From contig JAWKRA010000004.1 of NCBI GenBank assembly GCA_041389865.1, positions 1-50,306 of the forward strand: 50,306 nt of DNA, in the 5' to 3' direction. Below are positions 1 to 9,587 of this stretch, piece after piece. The DNA comes from Nannocystaceae bacterium (GTDB lineage Bacteria > Myxococcota_A > Polyangia > Nannocystales > Nannocystaceae). A program made the translations under genes and the position numbers. The notes under the pieces were generated by a model. It was not told where the DNA came from. It searched no databases and was given only the letters and a program-made list of their open reading frames with translations. Numbering within the stretch: position 1 is the stretch's first letter; each line of letters opens with the position of its first letter.

Positions 1-571
1 CCGCGTGCTGGGCTCGCCGGTAGCTCTCGGCGGCGAACTCATCCTGAACGCCTCGCCCGATCCCGCACTCGCTGGCGCACAGCTCGCCCGCGTTGCCCAT
101 GTGGAAGTCGTTGTACGGATCCCAGAGGCCGTCGTGGACGAGGCCGTCGATGAGCTTGTCATTGCCGAGCCGGTAGCCGCTGCGCGCCTTCGCCAGGTAG
201 TAGGGCGCGTTCGACATGCTCTCCATGCCGCCCGCGACCACGATCTTCGCGTCGCCGGCGCGGATCGCCTGGGCCGCCAGCATCACCGTCTTGAGGCCCG
301 AGCCGCAGACCTTGTTGAGGGTCACGCAGCCGACGCTGTCGGGGATCCCCGCGCCCTTGCTGGCCTGCCGCGCGGGCGCCTGACCGACGCCGGCCGGCAG
401 CACGCAGCCCATCAGCACCTCGTCGACGTCCTTGCCTTCGACGCCCGCGCGCGCGAGCGCGGCTCGGATCGCCACGGCCCCGAGCTGGGGCGCTGCGAGC
501 CCGCTGAGGCTGCCGAGGAAGCTGCCGATGGGGGTGCGCGTGGCGCTGGCGATGACGACTTCGGTGCTCAT
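1..571 (-). CDS. acetyl-CoA C-acetyltransferase (thiolase), N-terminal ~190 aa; the gene runs off the window start
   Basis: Reverse-complement translation begins MSTEVVIASATRTPIGSFLGSLSGL...NKVCGSGLKTVMLAAQAIRAGD...GGMESMSNAPYY, the canonical thiolase N-terminal region with the active-site Cys region. A GGAGAG RBS sits 7 nt upstream of the ATG at 569-571. There is no stop in the window, so it is absent from the ORF track. Confidence 0.8.
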   Translation of the reverse strand, partial: MSTEVVIASATRTPIGSFLGSLSGLAAPQLGAVAIRAALARAGVEGKDVDEVLMGCVLPAGVGQAPARQASKGAGIPDSVGCVTLNKVCGSGLKTVMLAAQAIRAGDAKIVVAGGMESMSNAPYYLAKARSGYRLGNDKLIDGLVHDGLWDPYNDFHMGNAGELCASECGIGRGVQDEFAAESYRRAQHA

Positions 572-801
572 GGGGCTCTCCTCTGCGGCCGGTTTTGCTC
601 CGCGACTGGCTCGCGGGAGTGCGTTATCACGGGGCTCCTGGCAGTCAATCGCTATGTCGGGAGTCTTGTGCTGGCTCACGCGTGCCGCGGTCGCACGACG
701 CGAGTCGACGGGCGCCGAGCGCTCGCTGCCAGCGCGTCGATCGAATTCCCGACCCGCCCCGTTGACTCCGCCCGCGGATTTGGGTACGCACCCCCTCCCC
801 C

Positions 802-875
<74 letters not shown>

Positions 876-902
876 CTCCGCAGGCTCGACGCGAGGCACC
901 GC

Positions 903-1652
903 TCAGGTCGAGCCCACCGGCAGCGCGCGCGGCTGCTTCTCGAGCAGGAAGCGGACCGCGCGATCGAGCACGCCGGGGCGCCACTGCAGGAAGCTGTGGG
1001 CGCCGTAGACCATCTCGGGCTTGGGCGCGCCCGGGAGCTCCGTCTCCGAGACACCGACGAGCCCGTCGTTGTTCTCGGGGATCCAGCGGGCGTAGCCGCG
1101 GGGCTCCTCGTCGCCGACGGGCCGCTTGCCGCCAGCGAGGATGAGCACCTCCGCCGACGCCGGCGCGCGCGGGAGGTCGCGGACCCGCTCGCGCGAGAGC
1201 TCGGTCGCCGCCTTGCCGTACAGCCAGTGAAACGGGCGCAGCGATCCGAACCGCTCGGCCAGGTGCGCGCCGCGGTTAGGCGGCGCCAGCATCACGACGC
1301 GCTGGTGGTGCGACTGCGCCCGCGCCCGCTCGCTCGCCAGGTAGGCCCGCGCGACCAGCCCGCCCATGCTGTGGGTCAGGAAGCCCAGCACCGGCCACGC
1401 CGGCGCGCCCGCGCGCCAGCGATCGAGGAAGTCGGCGAGCCGATCGGCGTGCTCCTCGAGGGTGCCGGCGCGGGTCGGGTAGCCGAAGGTCCGCGCCTCG
1501 AGGCCGTAGAGACGCAGCGCCCAGGCCGTCGGCAGCAGGCCCATCCGCGAGCGCAGCGCGCCGTGGATCAACACGACCGGCAGCGCGCGCTCGGTCACCC
1601 CGCAGGCTCCTGCGACGCCTCGCGCCCCGGGGTCCACGGTCCGCCGCGCCAC
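903..1652 (-). CDS. alpha/beta-hydrolase fold esterase/lipase-like protein
   Basis: LIHGAL...GxSxG nucleophile elbow (HSMGG) and a later acidic/His region. It overlaps the lgt stop by 58 nt, so the true start is probably an internal GTG (VTERALPVVLIHG). Confidence 0.55.
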   Translation of the reverse strand: MARRTVDPGARGVAGACGVTERALPVVLIHGALRSRMGLLPTAWALRLYGLEARTFGYPTRAGTLEEHADRLADFLDRWRAGAPAWPVLGFLTHSMGGLVARAYLASERARAQSHHQRVVMLAPPNRGAHLAERFGSLRPFHWLYGKAATELSRERVRDLPRAPASAEVLILAGGKRPVGDEEPRGYARWIPENNDGLVGVSETELPGAPKPEMVYGAHSFLQWRPGVLDRAVRFLLEKQPRALPVGST

Positions 1653-2506
1653 TGCTGCAGATCTTCACGGCGCGCGCGGCTGTCCCGGAGCTGGTAGGCG
1701 ATCGCCAGGATCAAGCACAGCCCCAGCGCCGAGACCATCGACGTCCGCAGCGGCCCCAGCAGGTCGGGGACCGCGTCGTAGCGCAGCGGCTCCTCGACGA
1801 TCATCCGCGCGATCACGTAGAGCCCGAAGACCGCGAAGAACACCTGCCCCGAGAACCGGCGACGCCTTCGGAGCCACAGCGCGACGAGCAGCGTGATGAC
1901 GGCCATGCCCGCGGCGTAGAGCTGGGTCGGATGCACCGGCGCCGAGGCCACGTCGGAGACCGCGTCCATGCCGTCGAGCGTCACGCGGTGGAACCGGTAC
2001 ACAGGCGTCCCTGCGGGGTAGCGGACCGCGAGGTCGTAGCCGACATCGCGCGGCCCGACGTAGGCGCCGAAGTCCGCGCCGGCCAGGAACGCGCCGATCC
2101 GCTCGATGATGACCCCGACCGAGAACGCCGGCGCGCCGCAGTCCATCACCGCGAACCACGGCAGGCGAGCGCGCGCGCAGTAGATCGCGCTCGCCACGAG
2201 CGCGCAGAAGATTCCGCCGACCACCGAGAGCCCGCCCGCCGGCAGCGCGATGAGCCGCGACCACTCCATCGGCGTCGGCTGCTGCAGCATCCAGTGGGCG
2301 CGGCCGCCGAGGATGCCGGCGACGATCGAGACCACGTAGAGGGTGCCGACGCGATCGGTCGGCAGCAGATCCGCGCGCGCGAGCCGGAGGGTGACGTACC
2401 AGCCGAGCAGCAGCGCGAGGCCCATCAGCGCGCCGTAGGCCTGCACCTCCCAGCCGGCGCCAGGGACAGTAAAGAGCGTTGGGTGCACGGGCCCTGGGAG
2501 TACCAC
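1595..2506 (-). CDS. lgt: prolipoprotein diacylglyceryl transferase
   Basis: Polytopic membrane protein with the Lgt signature HPTQLY (APVHPTQLYAAG) and a conserved N-terminal HPTLF...YG.MxxLG region. Confidence 0.8.
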   Translation of the reverse strand: MVLPGPVHPTLFTVPGAGWEVQAYGALMGLALLLGWYVTLRLARADLLPTDRVGTLYVVSIVAGILGGRAHWMLQQPTPMEWSRLIALPAGGLSVVGGIFCALVASAIYCARARLPWFAVMDCGAPAFSVGVIIERIGAFLAGADFGAYVGPRDVGYDLAVRYPAGTPVYRFHRVTLDGMDAVSDVASAPVHPTQLYAAGMAVITLLVALWLRRRRRFSGQVFFAVFGLYVIARMIVEEPLRYDAVPDLLGPLRTSMVSALGLCLILAIAYQLRDSRARREDLQQWRGGPWTPGREASQEPAG

Positions 2507-2549
2507 GCTCGCGCGCCGAGTTCAGCGGGCCGCGAGCGAGCGGCGGCGG

Positions 2550-2921
2550 TCAGTCGGCGTAGACCGCCTCCTCCTTCTCCTGGGCCTCCTTGCACTGAAT
2601 GCACAGCGGGGCCTCGGGCCGGGCCGCGAGCCGCTTCTGCGAGATCGGCTCGTCGCACTCCTCGCAGATGCCGAAGGTGCCCTCGTCGATCTTGCGCAGC
2701 GCGAGCTCGATCTTGTCCATCAGGAAGCGCTCGCGGCCGCGGAGCCGAAACGAGAACGCCTGCATGTACTCGCTCGAGGCCTGGTCGACCTCGTCGAAGC
2801 GGTCGTCTGGGGACAGGATCATCTCGGACTCGAGGGTCTTCTGGGCCGCGTCAAACAGGATGCGGCGCTTCTCCTCGAGGATCTTGCGGAACTTCTCAAG
2901 CTGAGTCTTGTTCAGGGCCAT
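2550..2921 (-). CDS. dksA: DksA/TraR-family RNA-polymerase-binding C4 zinc-finger protein (124 aa from the internal Met)
   Basis: MALNKTQLEKFRKILEEKRR..., coiled-coil tip DEVDQAS (DxxDxA) and C-terminal CEECDEPI...CIQC zinc finger. The upstream 71 codons of the ORF are Arg/Pro/Ser junk. Confidence 0.75.
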   Translation of the reverse strand: MALNKTQLEKFRKILEEKRRILFDAAQKTLESEMILSPDDRFDEVDQASSEYMQAFSFRLRGRERFLMDKIELALRKIDEGTFGICEECDEPISQKRLAARPEAPLCIQCKEAQEKEEAVYAD

Positions 2922-3009
2922 CGTCGCGAACGCGTCCTTTTTGAACACCCGCTCGGCCTCGCCGAAGTCGCCGTGGACGGGGCTAGGGAAGGTATCGCAG
3001 TCCGCGGGA

Positions 3010-3951
3010 TCAGGTAAACACCCCTTGCACGAAGAACGCGAGCAGCTCATCGGCGACGGCCTCGATGTCGGTGAGCGCCGCGGACGGCCGGGTCGGCCCT
3101 GGGGTCGCCGACGTCGACGATGCAGGGCGATCACGCGCAGGGGCCGCGTCGATCGCAGCGGCCCGTCGCGCCTCGAGCATTCTTCGAAGGATCTCGCGCA
3201 GCGCCCCCAGGGCGCTCACCGCAATGATGTGACGATCGCAGCGCCGCGCGATCCCGAGCGCGTGCCCGACCTCGACGGCGCGCTCGATCAGCGCGACCAC
3301 CTGATCGAGGAACAGCTCAACTTGCGCGCGCGTCTCCGGGTCAAACGACGCCGGGTCGCGCAGCATGATGTCGGCGAGATCGGAGTCCTCGACGACCACC
3401 GCCATCACTCGGCGGAAGTTCGCGCGCATCTGCTCGAGCGGCTCGCCGTCAGCGGGGTCGAGCGAGATCCTGCGGACGCTGCCGCGGATCCGCTCGAGGA
3501 ACGACTCGCACAGCTCGGCCAGCAGCTCGCGGCGGTTTTGGAAGTAGAGGTAGAAGGTCCCGCGAGCGATCGCGGCGGCGTCGATGATGTCGCGGGTCGA
3601 GGCCGCGTGATAGCCCTTCTCGCGAAACACCCGCTTGGCCGCGCGGAGGATCGCGTCGCGCCGCTGTCGCCTCCGCCGCTGGGCTCGCGACGCGCGGCCG
3701 TCGGTGACCTCGTCGTCGTCATCGCCCGCGATCTCTTCGAACGACGACGATCGTTCGCGCTCGTCCTCGTCACCGATCGTTGCCACAGCACCGGATTCGC
3801 CCGGCTCGCTGCGCGCCTCCGGGCGACGCGCCGCGTCGCGCTCGTCGGAGTCGCCCGCTCGCTCCGAATCGCGCGCCTCTCCTTGCCCTGCACAGGTCGT
3901 CTCCGAGCGCGCATCTGCGAGCTGTGACGAGTCGTGTCGGTTGACAGGCAA
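3010..3951 (-). CDS. TetR/AcrR-family transcriptional regulator with a long, very acidic N-terminal extension
   Basis: HTH region RRDAILRAAKRVFREKGYHAASTRDIIDAAAIARGTFYLYFQNRREL. The first ~95 aa (DEDERERSSSFEEIAGDDDDEVTD) are low-complexity acidic. The start is uncertain and may be an internal non-ATG codon. Confidence 0.65.
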   Translation of the reverse strand: MPVNRHDSSQLADARSETTCAGQGEARDSERAGDSDERDAARRPEARSEPGESGAVATIGDEDERERSSSFEEIAGDDDDEVTDGRASRAQRRRRQRRDAILRAAKRVFREKGYHAASTRDIIDAAAIARGTFYLYFQNRRELLAELCESFLERIRGSVRRISLDPADGEPLEQMRANFRRVMAVVVEDSDLADIMLRDPASFDPETRAQVELFLDQVVALIERAVEVGHALGIARRCDRHIIAVSALGALREILRRMLEARRAAAIDAAPARDRPASSTSATPGPTRPSAALTDIEAVADELLAFFVQGVFT

Positions 3952-4006
3952 ATGCCGGCTACCCTACCCTGGAAGCCGAGAGACCACCAGGGGAGCCTGT
4001 CGTTCA

Positions 4007-4222
4007 ATGTCGAAGTCGGATAAGCGTAAGCAGTCACTCTACTTTCCGGAGACCATGCTCAAGGAGATCCAGGAGGAGGCTGCGCGTCAAGACCGATCCC
4101 TCTCTTGGATCGTCCAGAAGGCCTGGAAGATCGCGCGACGCGAGATCATGAAGTATCCCAGCGTCAACGACATCCCCGACGACGGCCCGGACGACGAGCG
4201 CGGCCGGAACGAGGCCTCGTAG
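4007..4222 (+). CDS. small ribbon-helix-helix (CopG-like) protein, 71 aa
   Basis: MSKSDKRKQSLYFPETMLKEIQEEAARQDRSLSWIVQKAWKIARREI: a beta-strand then two helices typical of RHH. A GGGGAG RBS sits ~12 nt upstream. The rest of the long ORF upstream is Ser/Arg junk. Confidence 0.55.
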   Translation: MSKSDKRKQSLYFPETMLKEIQEEAARQDRSLSWIVQKAWKIARREIMKYPSVNDIPDDGPDDERGRNEAS

Positions 4223-4343
4223 TCAAGCCCGACCGGGTCCCCGATCACGCCCTCGGCTCCTATCGCGACCGAGGGCGTTGTCTATCGCGGTGAGCGAGCG
4301 ACACAATTAGAGGGGAAACCCCGATCTGACACGGGGCGATGCC

Positions 4344-5252
4344 ATGGAACCAGGCACGCAAGACTCCCTGATCGAGCGCCCGGACGGCGCGCAGCTGCGG
4401 GTCATCCAGATGGGACAGCCGCTCGCGGAGGGCGGCCTCGCAATCCTCATCCTCGACGGCATCGGCTGCTCTGGCTGGGCGTTCGAACGGATCCTGCCGA
4501 CGCTCGCCGCCGAGTTCCCGGTGATCTTCGTGCACCATCGCGGCCACGGCGGCGCCCCCACGCCGCCGCGTCCGTGGGCGCTCGACATGGCGGTGCTGGC
4601 CGATGACGCCGCCGCGATCGTCACCCAGCTGGGCGCGGGGCGGGTCGTCGCGGTCGGCTTCTCGATGGGCTTTCAGGTCGCGCTCGAGCTGTGTCGACGA
4701 CACCCAACGCTGGTCGCCGGGCTCGTCTCGATCGCCGGCGCCGGCGGCCGCGTGCTCGACAACTTCCTGCGCACCAAGGCCTTCAGCTTCGTGCTCCCGG
4801 TGCTCACGCTCTCGGCCCGCGTCGCCGGCGAGTGGACCCAGAAGGTCTGGAAGACGCTGACGCGCTCGACCCTCGCCCACGAGATCGCGCTGCGCTTCCA
4901 GGTCAACGCCGACGTCCTGAACCCCGCTGACCTCGACCTCTACGCGCGCCAGATCTCGCAGGTCGACCCCGAGCTCTTCATCGAGCTCCTGGCCGCCGCC
5001 CACCGCCACGACGCCGCCGACCTGTTCCCGCGGATCGACATACCGACCCGCGTCCTCGCCGGCGCGCGCGACTCGTTCGTCCCGCTCGAGACCCAGCGCG
5101 CGATGGCGTTTGCGATCCCCGACGTGCAGTGGCGGGTGTTCCCCGAGGCGACCCACGCGCTCCCGGCCGAGTTCCCTGAGCGGGTCTCCGCCGAGCTCCT
5201 CGACCTCGTCCGCGAGGTCGCCGGGCGCAAGGCGCTCGCGTCGGCGACCTGA
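4344..5252 (+). CDS. alpha/beta-hydrolase fold protein
   Basis: LILDGIGCSGWAFERIL..., nucleophile elbow GFSMGFQVALE (GxSxG), C-terminal His region (EATHALP). Confidence 0.7.
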   Translation: MEPGTQDSLIERPDGAQLRVIQMGQPLAEGGLAILILDGIGCSGWAFERILPTLAAEFPVIFVHHRGHGGAPTPPRPWALDMAVLADDAAAIVTQLGAGRVVAVGFSMGFQVALELCRRHPTLVAGLVSIAGAGGRVLDNFLRTKAFSFVLPVLTLSARVAGEWTQKVWKTLTRSTLAHEIALRFQVNADVLNPADLDLYARQISQVDPELFIELLAAAHRHDAADLFPRIDIPTRVLAGARDSFVPLETQRAMAFAIPDVQWRVFPEATHALPAEFPERVSAELLDLVREVAGRKALASAT

Positions 5253-5304
5253 ACCTTCGGCCACCTCGCCACCGCGCGCGGCCCCGCTGCGGTATCTTCG
5301 AGGC

Positions 5305-5892
5305 ATGCCGCGCTCGCCGCTCATCAGCCCCGCGACGCTCCGCACCGCCGTCTGTCTGATCGCCGCGGCGCTCGCCTTCAACGTCATCAACCTGCTCGGC
5401 GTCGTCGCCCGCGGCGCGATGATCGAGCTCGTGCCCGTGACCACCGGCGTGCCCACCATCGTCGGAGACATCGAGTACACGGCGCTCGGCCTCGCGCGGC
5501 TCCTCGCGGACGAGGTGATGAGCACACGCTGGCGGGCGCTCTTCAGCGTGATCGCGGCGACGGCCGTGCTCGCCAAGCTCGCGCTCGTGCTGCTCGCGCT
5601 GCTCTGGGCCTCGCGCCCGCGCCTGTCGCTGCTGCCGCCCGTGATCGTCGCGCTGCTCGGCCTCGGCTGCAGCGTCGCCGCCTCGCTCCTGAGCGTGCTG
5701 CAGACCCAGCGCGTCGGCCTCGACAGCATCGAGCGCCTCGCCGAGCTGTCGATCGCCACCACCGTCGGCGACCTCGTCGCGCGGCTCCTCAGCTGGCTCC
5801 TGAGCGTGGCGCTGCTGCTGTACCTGTTCGCGCGGGCCACCTCGGCGCGCGTCGACGACGGCGCGCGCGGGCCCGAGACGTCGGCCCCGTAG
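5305..5892 (+). CDS. hypothetical integral membrane protein (about 5 TM segments)
   Basis: Start taken at MPRSPLISPATLRTAVCLIAAALAF. Several hydrophobic helices (LALVLLALLWA, VIVALLGLGCSVAASLL, LLSWLLSVALLLYLF). No recognisable family. Confidence 0.5.
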   Translation: MPRSPLISPATLRTAVCLIAAALAFNVINLLGVVARGAMIELVPVTTGVPTIVGDIEYTALGLARLLADEVMSTRWRALFSVIAATAVLAKLALVLLALLWASRPRLSLLPPVIVALLGLGCSVAASLLSVLQTQRVGLDSIERLAELSIATTVGDLVARLLSWLLSVALLLYLFARATSARVDDGARGPETSAP

Positions 5893-6305
5893 ATCACGAG
5901 ACTCGCCGTCACCTGTCCCAAAGAACATATGATCACGACGCAGGCGGCGGCGCTCCACCGACGTGCATCCCTCGAATCGCGCCCGCGATCCCAGGCGGCA
6001 GCGTCGAATGGGGACCCGCAGCGGCGCTGCGTTCGGAGCGTGTCCGAGGACGGCGTTTCATGCCACCAGGCGCGTCGTGACCGAGGAGCCGAGACAACGG
6101 TGAGCGGGCTTTCCTTCGAGGCTTCGGCGACAAAGAGCGCGGCCTCCTGGTGGCGCGGGGCCTCGTGGGGAATCCTCGGACGCACTCCAAGGGGTCTCCC
6201 AACCTTCGAAGCGAGGGCATTCAAGGGTGCGGAGATTCAGGGCGGAAGAGGCGACGAGAGGCGACGGCGGGGTCTCCAGGCCTGGGGTGTTACCATCCGG
6301 CCCCA

Positions 6306-7286
6306 ATGGCTCCCTCGATCCCGCTACCATCTGTGCCCCCCGCGGTCGAGCGCATTGAACAATTGGCCCGACCTCATCGGGAATTCCGCGACTTCTGGTG
6401 GGTCGAGGGCGGCCCGCCGCTCTCCACGAAGCTGCGCTATCTGCTGCGCTACCAGTTCAAGCCCTATTACTTCGTGCGGCCGCCCGGATGGCGGGTGGCG
6501 CTGCGCGGCCTGAGCTGGAAGCAGCGCCCGCCGCCAGACTTCGCCTCCATCGGGGCGGTGCGCTCGGGCACCTCCGCGCTCTCCGAGTACATCTTCCAGC
6601 ACCCCAGCACCGTGCTGCCGCTGGCGAAGGAGCCCAACATCACCGTGCCGTGCGTCAAGCAGGTCTGCTCCTACTTCCCGACCCGGGCCGAGCGGGCGCG
6701 CGTGGCGAAGCGGTACGGCGTGGCCATCAGCGGCTACTGCACCCCCGTCGGGCCGCACCTGTCCTGGCCCTACCTGGCCCGGGGCGTGAACCCGAACATG
6801 AAGGTGGTGCTCATCCTGCGCGACCCGGTCAGCCGGGCGTTCTCCCAGTGGAAGTGGGATCGGATGAAGCGCAGCTGGTTCGCGCGCGACCCGTTCTGGT
6901 CGCAGATCCCCAGCTTCGAGCGGGTCTTCGAGATCGAGCGGATGGACATGGCGGAGGGCGGCGTGGGCTGGCCGACCCTGAGCGGGCTGAGCGGGCTGCT
7001 GCGCCAGAGCATCTACCTGCCCTTCCTCAAGGTCCTCACCGACGTCTGGGACGCCGACAAGCTGCTCATCCTCTGCGCCGAGGAGTTCTTCGCCGATCCG
7101 GTGGCCACCACGGAGCAGGTCTACGAGTTTCTGGGCCTGCCCCCCTGCACGCCCGAGCGGGTCGTCGAGCGCAACGCCGGCCCCCAGGAGTCCCTAGACC
7201 CCGCGCTGCGGGCACGCATGAGGGAGTTCTTCCAACCCTACAACGAGCGCCTCTACGAGTTCCTGGGTCGGGACCTGGGCTGGTGA
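6306..7286 (+). CDS. sulfotransferase-family protein
   Basis: PAPS 5'-phosphosulfate-binding-like motif GAVRSGTSAL and 3'-phosphate-binding-like LILRDPVSRAFSQW. Start taken at the internal Met (MAPSIPLPS). Confidence 0.6.
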   Translation: MAPSIPLPSVPPAVERIEQLARPHREFRDFWWVEGGPPLSTKLRYLLRYQFKPYYFVRPPGWRVALRGLSWKQRPPPDFASIGAVRSGTSALSEYIFQHPSTVLPLAKEPNITVPCVKQVCSYFPTRAERARVAKRYGVAISGYCTPVGPHLSWPYLARGVNPNMKVVLILRDPVSRAFSQWKWDRMKRSWFARDPFWSQIPSFERVFEIERMDMAEGGVGWPTLSGLSGLLRQSIYLPFLKVLTDVWDADKLLILCAEEFFADPVATTEQVYEFLGLPPCTPERVVERNAGPQESLDPALRARMREFFQPYNERLYEFLGRDLGW

Positions 7287-7381
7287 GCCGCTCCCGCCGG
7301 CGGCCGGTGCCCGCGCGATCTGGCTGTTGCTGCGCCGCCCCGACCGAGGCCCGCCGCGTGGCGCTTGGTGGCGCCGCCGCT

Positions 7382-7548
7382 CGCTCCTTGCCCGAAGTAC
7401 AGCCCGGTCCATCGACGCTTCGGCGCCTCGATCACGACGCTCCTGGCGGCACAGCCCGCCGCCCGGAGTCCTCGGACTCGCTCCTTGCCCGAAGTACAGC
7501 CCCGTACATCGACGCTTCGGCGCCTCGATACGACCTCCTGGCGGCGCC
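7382..7548. repeat. two copies of a ~68-bp extragenic element (period 100 bp) in a convergent intergenic region
   Basis: TCGCTCCTTGCCCGAAGTACAGCCCGGTCCATCGACGCTTCGGCGCCTCGATCACGACGCTCCTGGCGGC at 7382-7450 and a near-identical copy at 7482-7548 (3-4 mismatches). Each holds an internal inverted repeat CCGAAG...CTTCGG. Confidence 0.7.
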
Positions 7549-7599
7549 GCCCGGGGCCCTCGTACACGCGCTGCGCGTCGCGGTGGTCGCCGAAGGTCG

Positions 7600-8775
7600 T
7601 CACGCCGCGCTGGGCCTGACGCGCTCGCGCTCCGCCCGCGCGGATCGGAGGCGCGCGCGGAAGCGGCGGAGCTCCGCGGCGTACTCCGAGCGCGAACGCC
7701 TCGCCAACGCTCGTATCCGGCGTGGACGCAGCACGACGACCCGCGCGGGCGTGGTCGCAGCGCAGGTGCTGCCGTGGCGGCCGCGGGTCTCGAGCAGCGC
7801 GGTCTCGCCGGCGCAGCAGCCCGCGCCCCCCTCCCCGAGCAGGCCCCCCTCGCGGGTGAACTGCACGCGGCCGTCGACGACGACATACAGATCCTTGGCG
7901 ACGAAGCCCTCGTGGAGCAGCTTGTCGCCCGCGTCGAGCTCGAGGAGGACCCCCTCGCGCGCGAGCTGGCGGAGCGCGGGTCTCGACATGCCCTGCACGA
8001 CGGAGCCGGGCACGAGCGCCAGCCGCTCGATCGCCGCGCGCACCTTCGACGGGTCGCGCACGACCTTGCGATCCGCGGCCATGTGGGCGCGAATCGTGGC
8101 GATCCACGGACCCCCCTGGGGGACGCCCGCGCGCCGCATCGCGCGGACGATCGGGCTGCCGCGGCGCTCGATCTCCGCGAGGTCCCCCGCCAGTCCGAGG
8201 ATTGACACCTCGAGCCCGCGGGTACCTCCCACCAATCGGCCGCCGTGCGCGTCGAAGCCGAGCATGTGATAGCGACGCAGCAGCCCGGGCGCCGAGATTG
8301 CGAACCACACGTCGACGGGGCGCTCGCGCATGGCGGCGACGAGCGCGTTGACGAGCATCGCTCCCGCCGCGTTAGTGCCGCGCAGGCGGGGCTCAATCAT
8401 CACCATCTTGATGTCGCCGACCGTCAGACGATCGACCTCGGGGAGCAGGTCAAGGGAGTGAAAGCGTACGACCTCGGCGGGCGCCTCGCCCGGCCCCCAC
8501 ACGCGGAGGCGCACCGTCCCGAGCGGTCGTCCGGGATCGCCGAGGTAGTAGATCCGCGTGGCCGGATCTTCGTCGATCTCGCTGCAGACGCGCCGGCGCT
8601 TCATGTCGACCTCGGGGTGATCGAGGTTGGACTGCTCCTGCGCGTAGACCCGGTAGCGCAGGCGATAGATCGCCTCGCGCTCGCGGGCGGTCGTGGCGAG
8701 GCGCGCCCGATAGCGGCGGCAGATCAGCTCGTCAAACAGGAGGCCCCTGAGCTTGGTACGTACGATCGATAGCAC
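7600..8775 (-). CDS. two-domain protein: N-terminal GNAT-like N-acyltransferase (N-acyl amino acid synthase/FeeM-like) fused to a C-terminal cyclic-nucleotide-binding (cNMP) domain
   Basis: The N-terminus (AIYRLRYRVYAQEQ...YYLGDPGRPLGTVRL...MLGF) matches the autoinducer/N-acyl amino acid synthase GNAT pattern. The C-terminus (LLELDAGDKLLHEGFVAKDLYVVVDGRVQF...GEGGAGCCAGETALLETRGRHGSTCAAT) matches a Crp-type cNMP-binding fold. Confidence 0.6.
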   Translation of the reverse strand: MLSIVRTKLRGLLFDELICRRYRARLATTAREREAIYRLRYRVYAQEQSNLDHPEVDMKRRRVCSEIDEDPATRIYYLGDPGRPLGTVRLRVWGPGEAPAEVVRFHSLDLLPEVDRLTVGDIKMVMIEPRLRGTNAAGAMLVNALVAAMRERPVDVWFAISAPGLLRRYHMLGFDAHGGRLVGGTRGLEVSILGLAGDLAEIERRGSPIVRAMRRAGVPQGGPWIATIRAHMAADRKVVRDPSKVRAAIERLALVPGSVVQGMSRPALRQLAREGVLLELDAGDKLLHEGFVAKDLYVVVDGRVQFTREGGLLGEGGAGCCAGETALLETRGRHGSTCAATTPARVVVLRPRRIRALARRSRSEYAAELRRFRARLRSARAERERVRPSAA

Positions 8776-9587
8776 GGTTCACCTGCGTGGAGGGTGGAGG
8801 CACCAGCAACCTATCGAAATGTGCGCCGGAGATACAGTGGGGCCGCCATCGACGATGCCTGCGATGGCGGATGAATCGAGCGCGCGTCACGACGCCGTGC
8901 TCGCCCGACGACTCACCAGACTTTGAGGGAGTACACGCCTTCGTCTCCGGGCGAGAGCATGTCGGGATATTTCGCGCGGCCCCAGCTACCCTCACGAATG
9001 TCGTGATCCTCTACAACGTGGAGCTCGATCTCGCGAAGGTGGAGGAGGCGCTCGCGACCTGCGAGCAGGCGGCGTGCGGCACGTACAGCATCTGCCTCGG
9101 CCCGAGGCTTCTACCTCCACGGCGAGGTGGTCAACGAGCTCACGTGCTCGTCGTAGGGCTGCGACGCGAGCTCTCGAGCTGCCCCTTCGAGGCACCGAGG
9201 CCGCTCGAGGGTCGTCGCGCGGCACCGTCGCGACGCAGGGCGCGTCGAGGCACGCGGCGACCCGCGTCCGTGGCCCGCAGGGCCGCTGCGCGGAGGCCCT
9301 CGAGCCCGTCGCTGCCCGTGACCACGCGGGTCTCCCGAGCCAGCGTCGACGCAGACGTCGGCTCGCGCAGCACCGCTTCGATGACGAGGAGGTCGCCGCG
9401 TTCAACGCATGACCGATCGGACATGCACTAGAAGACATTGGTCTTCGCGCGCGGCCGCCCCCTTCGTCCCCGCGCCTCGCGCGAGCGGCCCTTGCGACGC
9501 GAGCGCGCACGCGCGTTCGCCCCGAGCGCGTGACCAGAGCGCCGCGGGAGCTCATCATGAGCCGTCGGTTCGCCGACAGCTCGCGCC

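Noticed and set aside
4260-6224. 654-aa minus-strand ORF
   Set aside because: It is Arg/Ala/Gly-rich with no motifs. It lies antisense to well-supported plus-strand genes (alpha/beta hydrolase, membrane protein), a typical high-GC shadow ORF.
6398-8396. Long overlapping ORFs (6398..8269 +, 7194..8396 -, 7253..8308 -)
   Set aside because: They have low-complexity Arg/Pro/Ser composition. They overlap the sulfotransferase and the GNAT-cNMP gene, which have clear motifs and better codon bias.
8787-9431. 214-aa plus ORF in the 8.8-9.6 kb gene-poor stretch
   Set aside because: A short part (VVILYNVELDLAKVEEALATCEQ) looks coding-like, but the remainder is Arg/Ser/Pro junk with no start context or motifs. 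It is left unannotated as possibly non-coding or a decayed gene.
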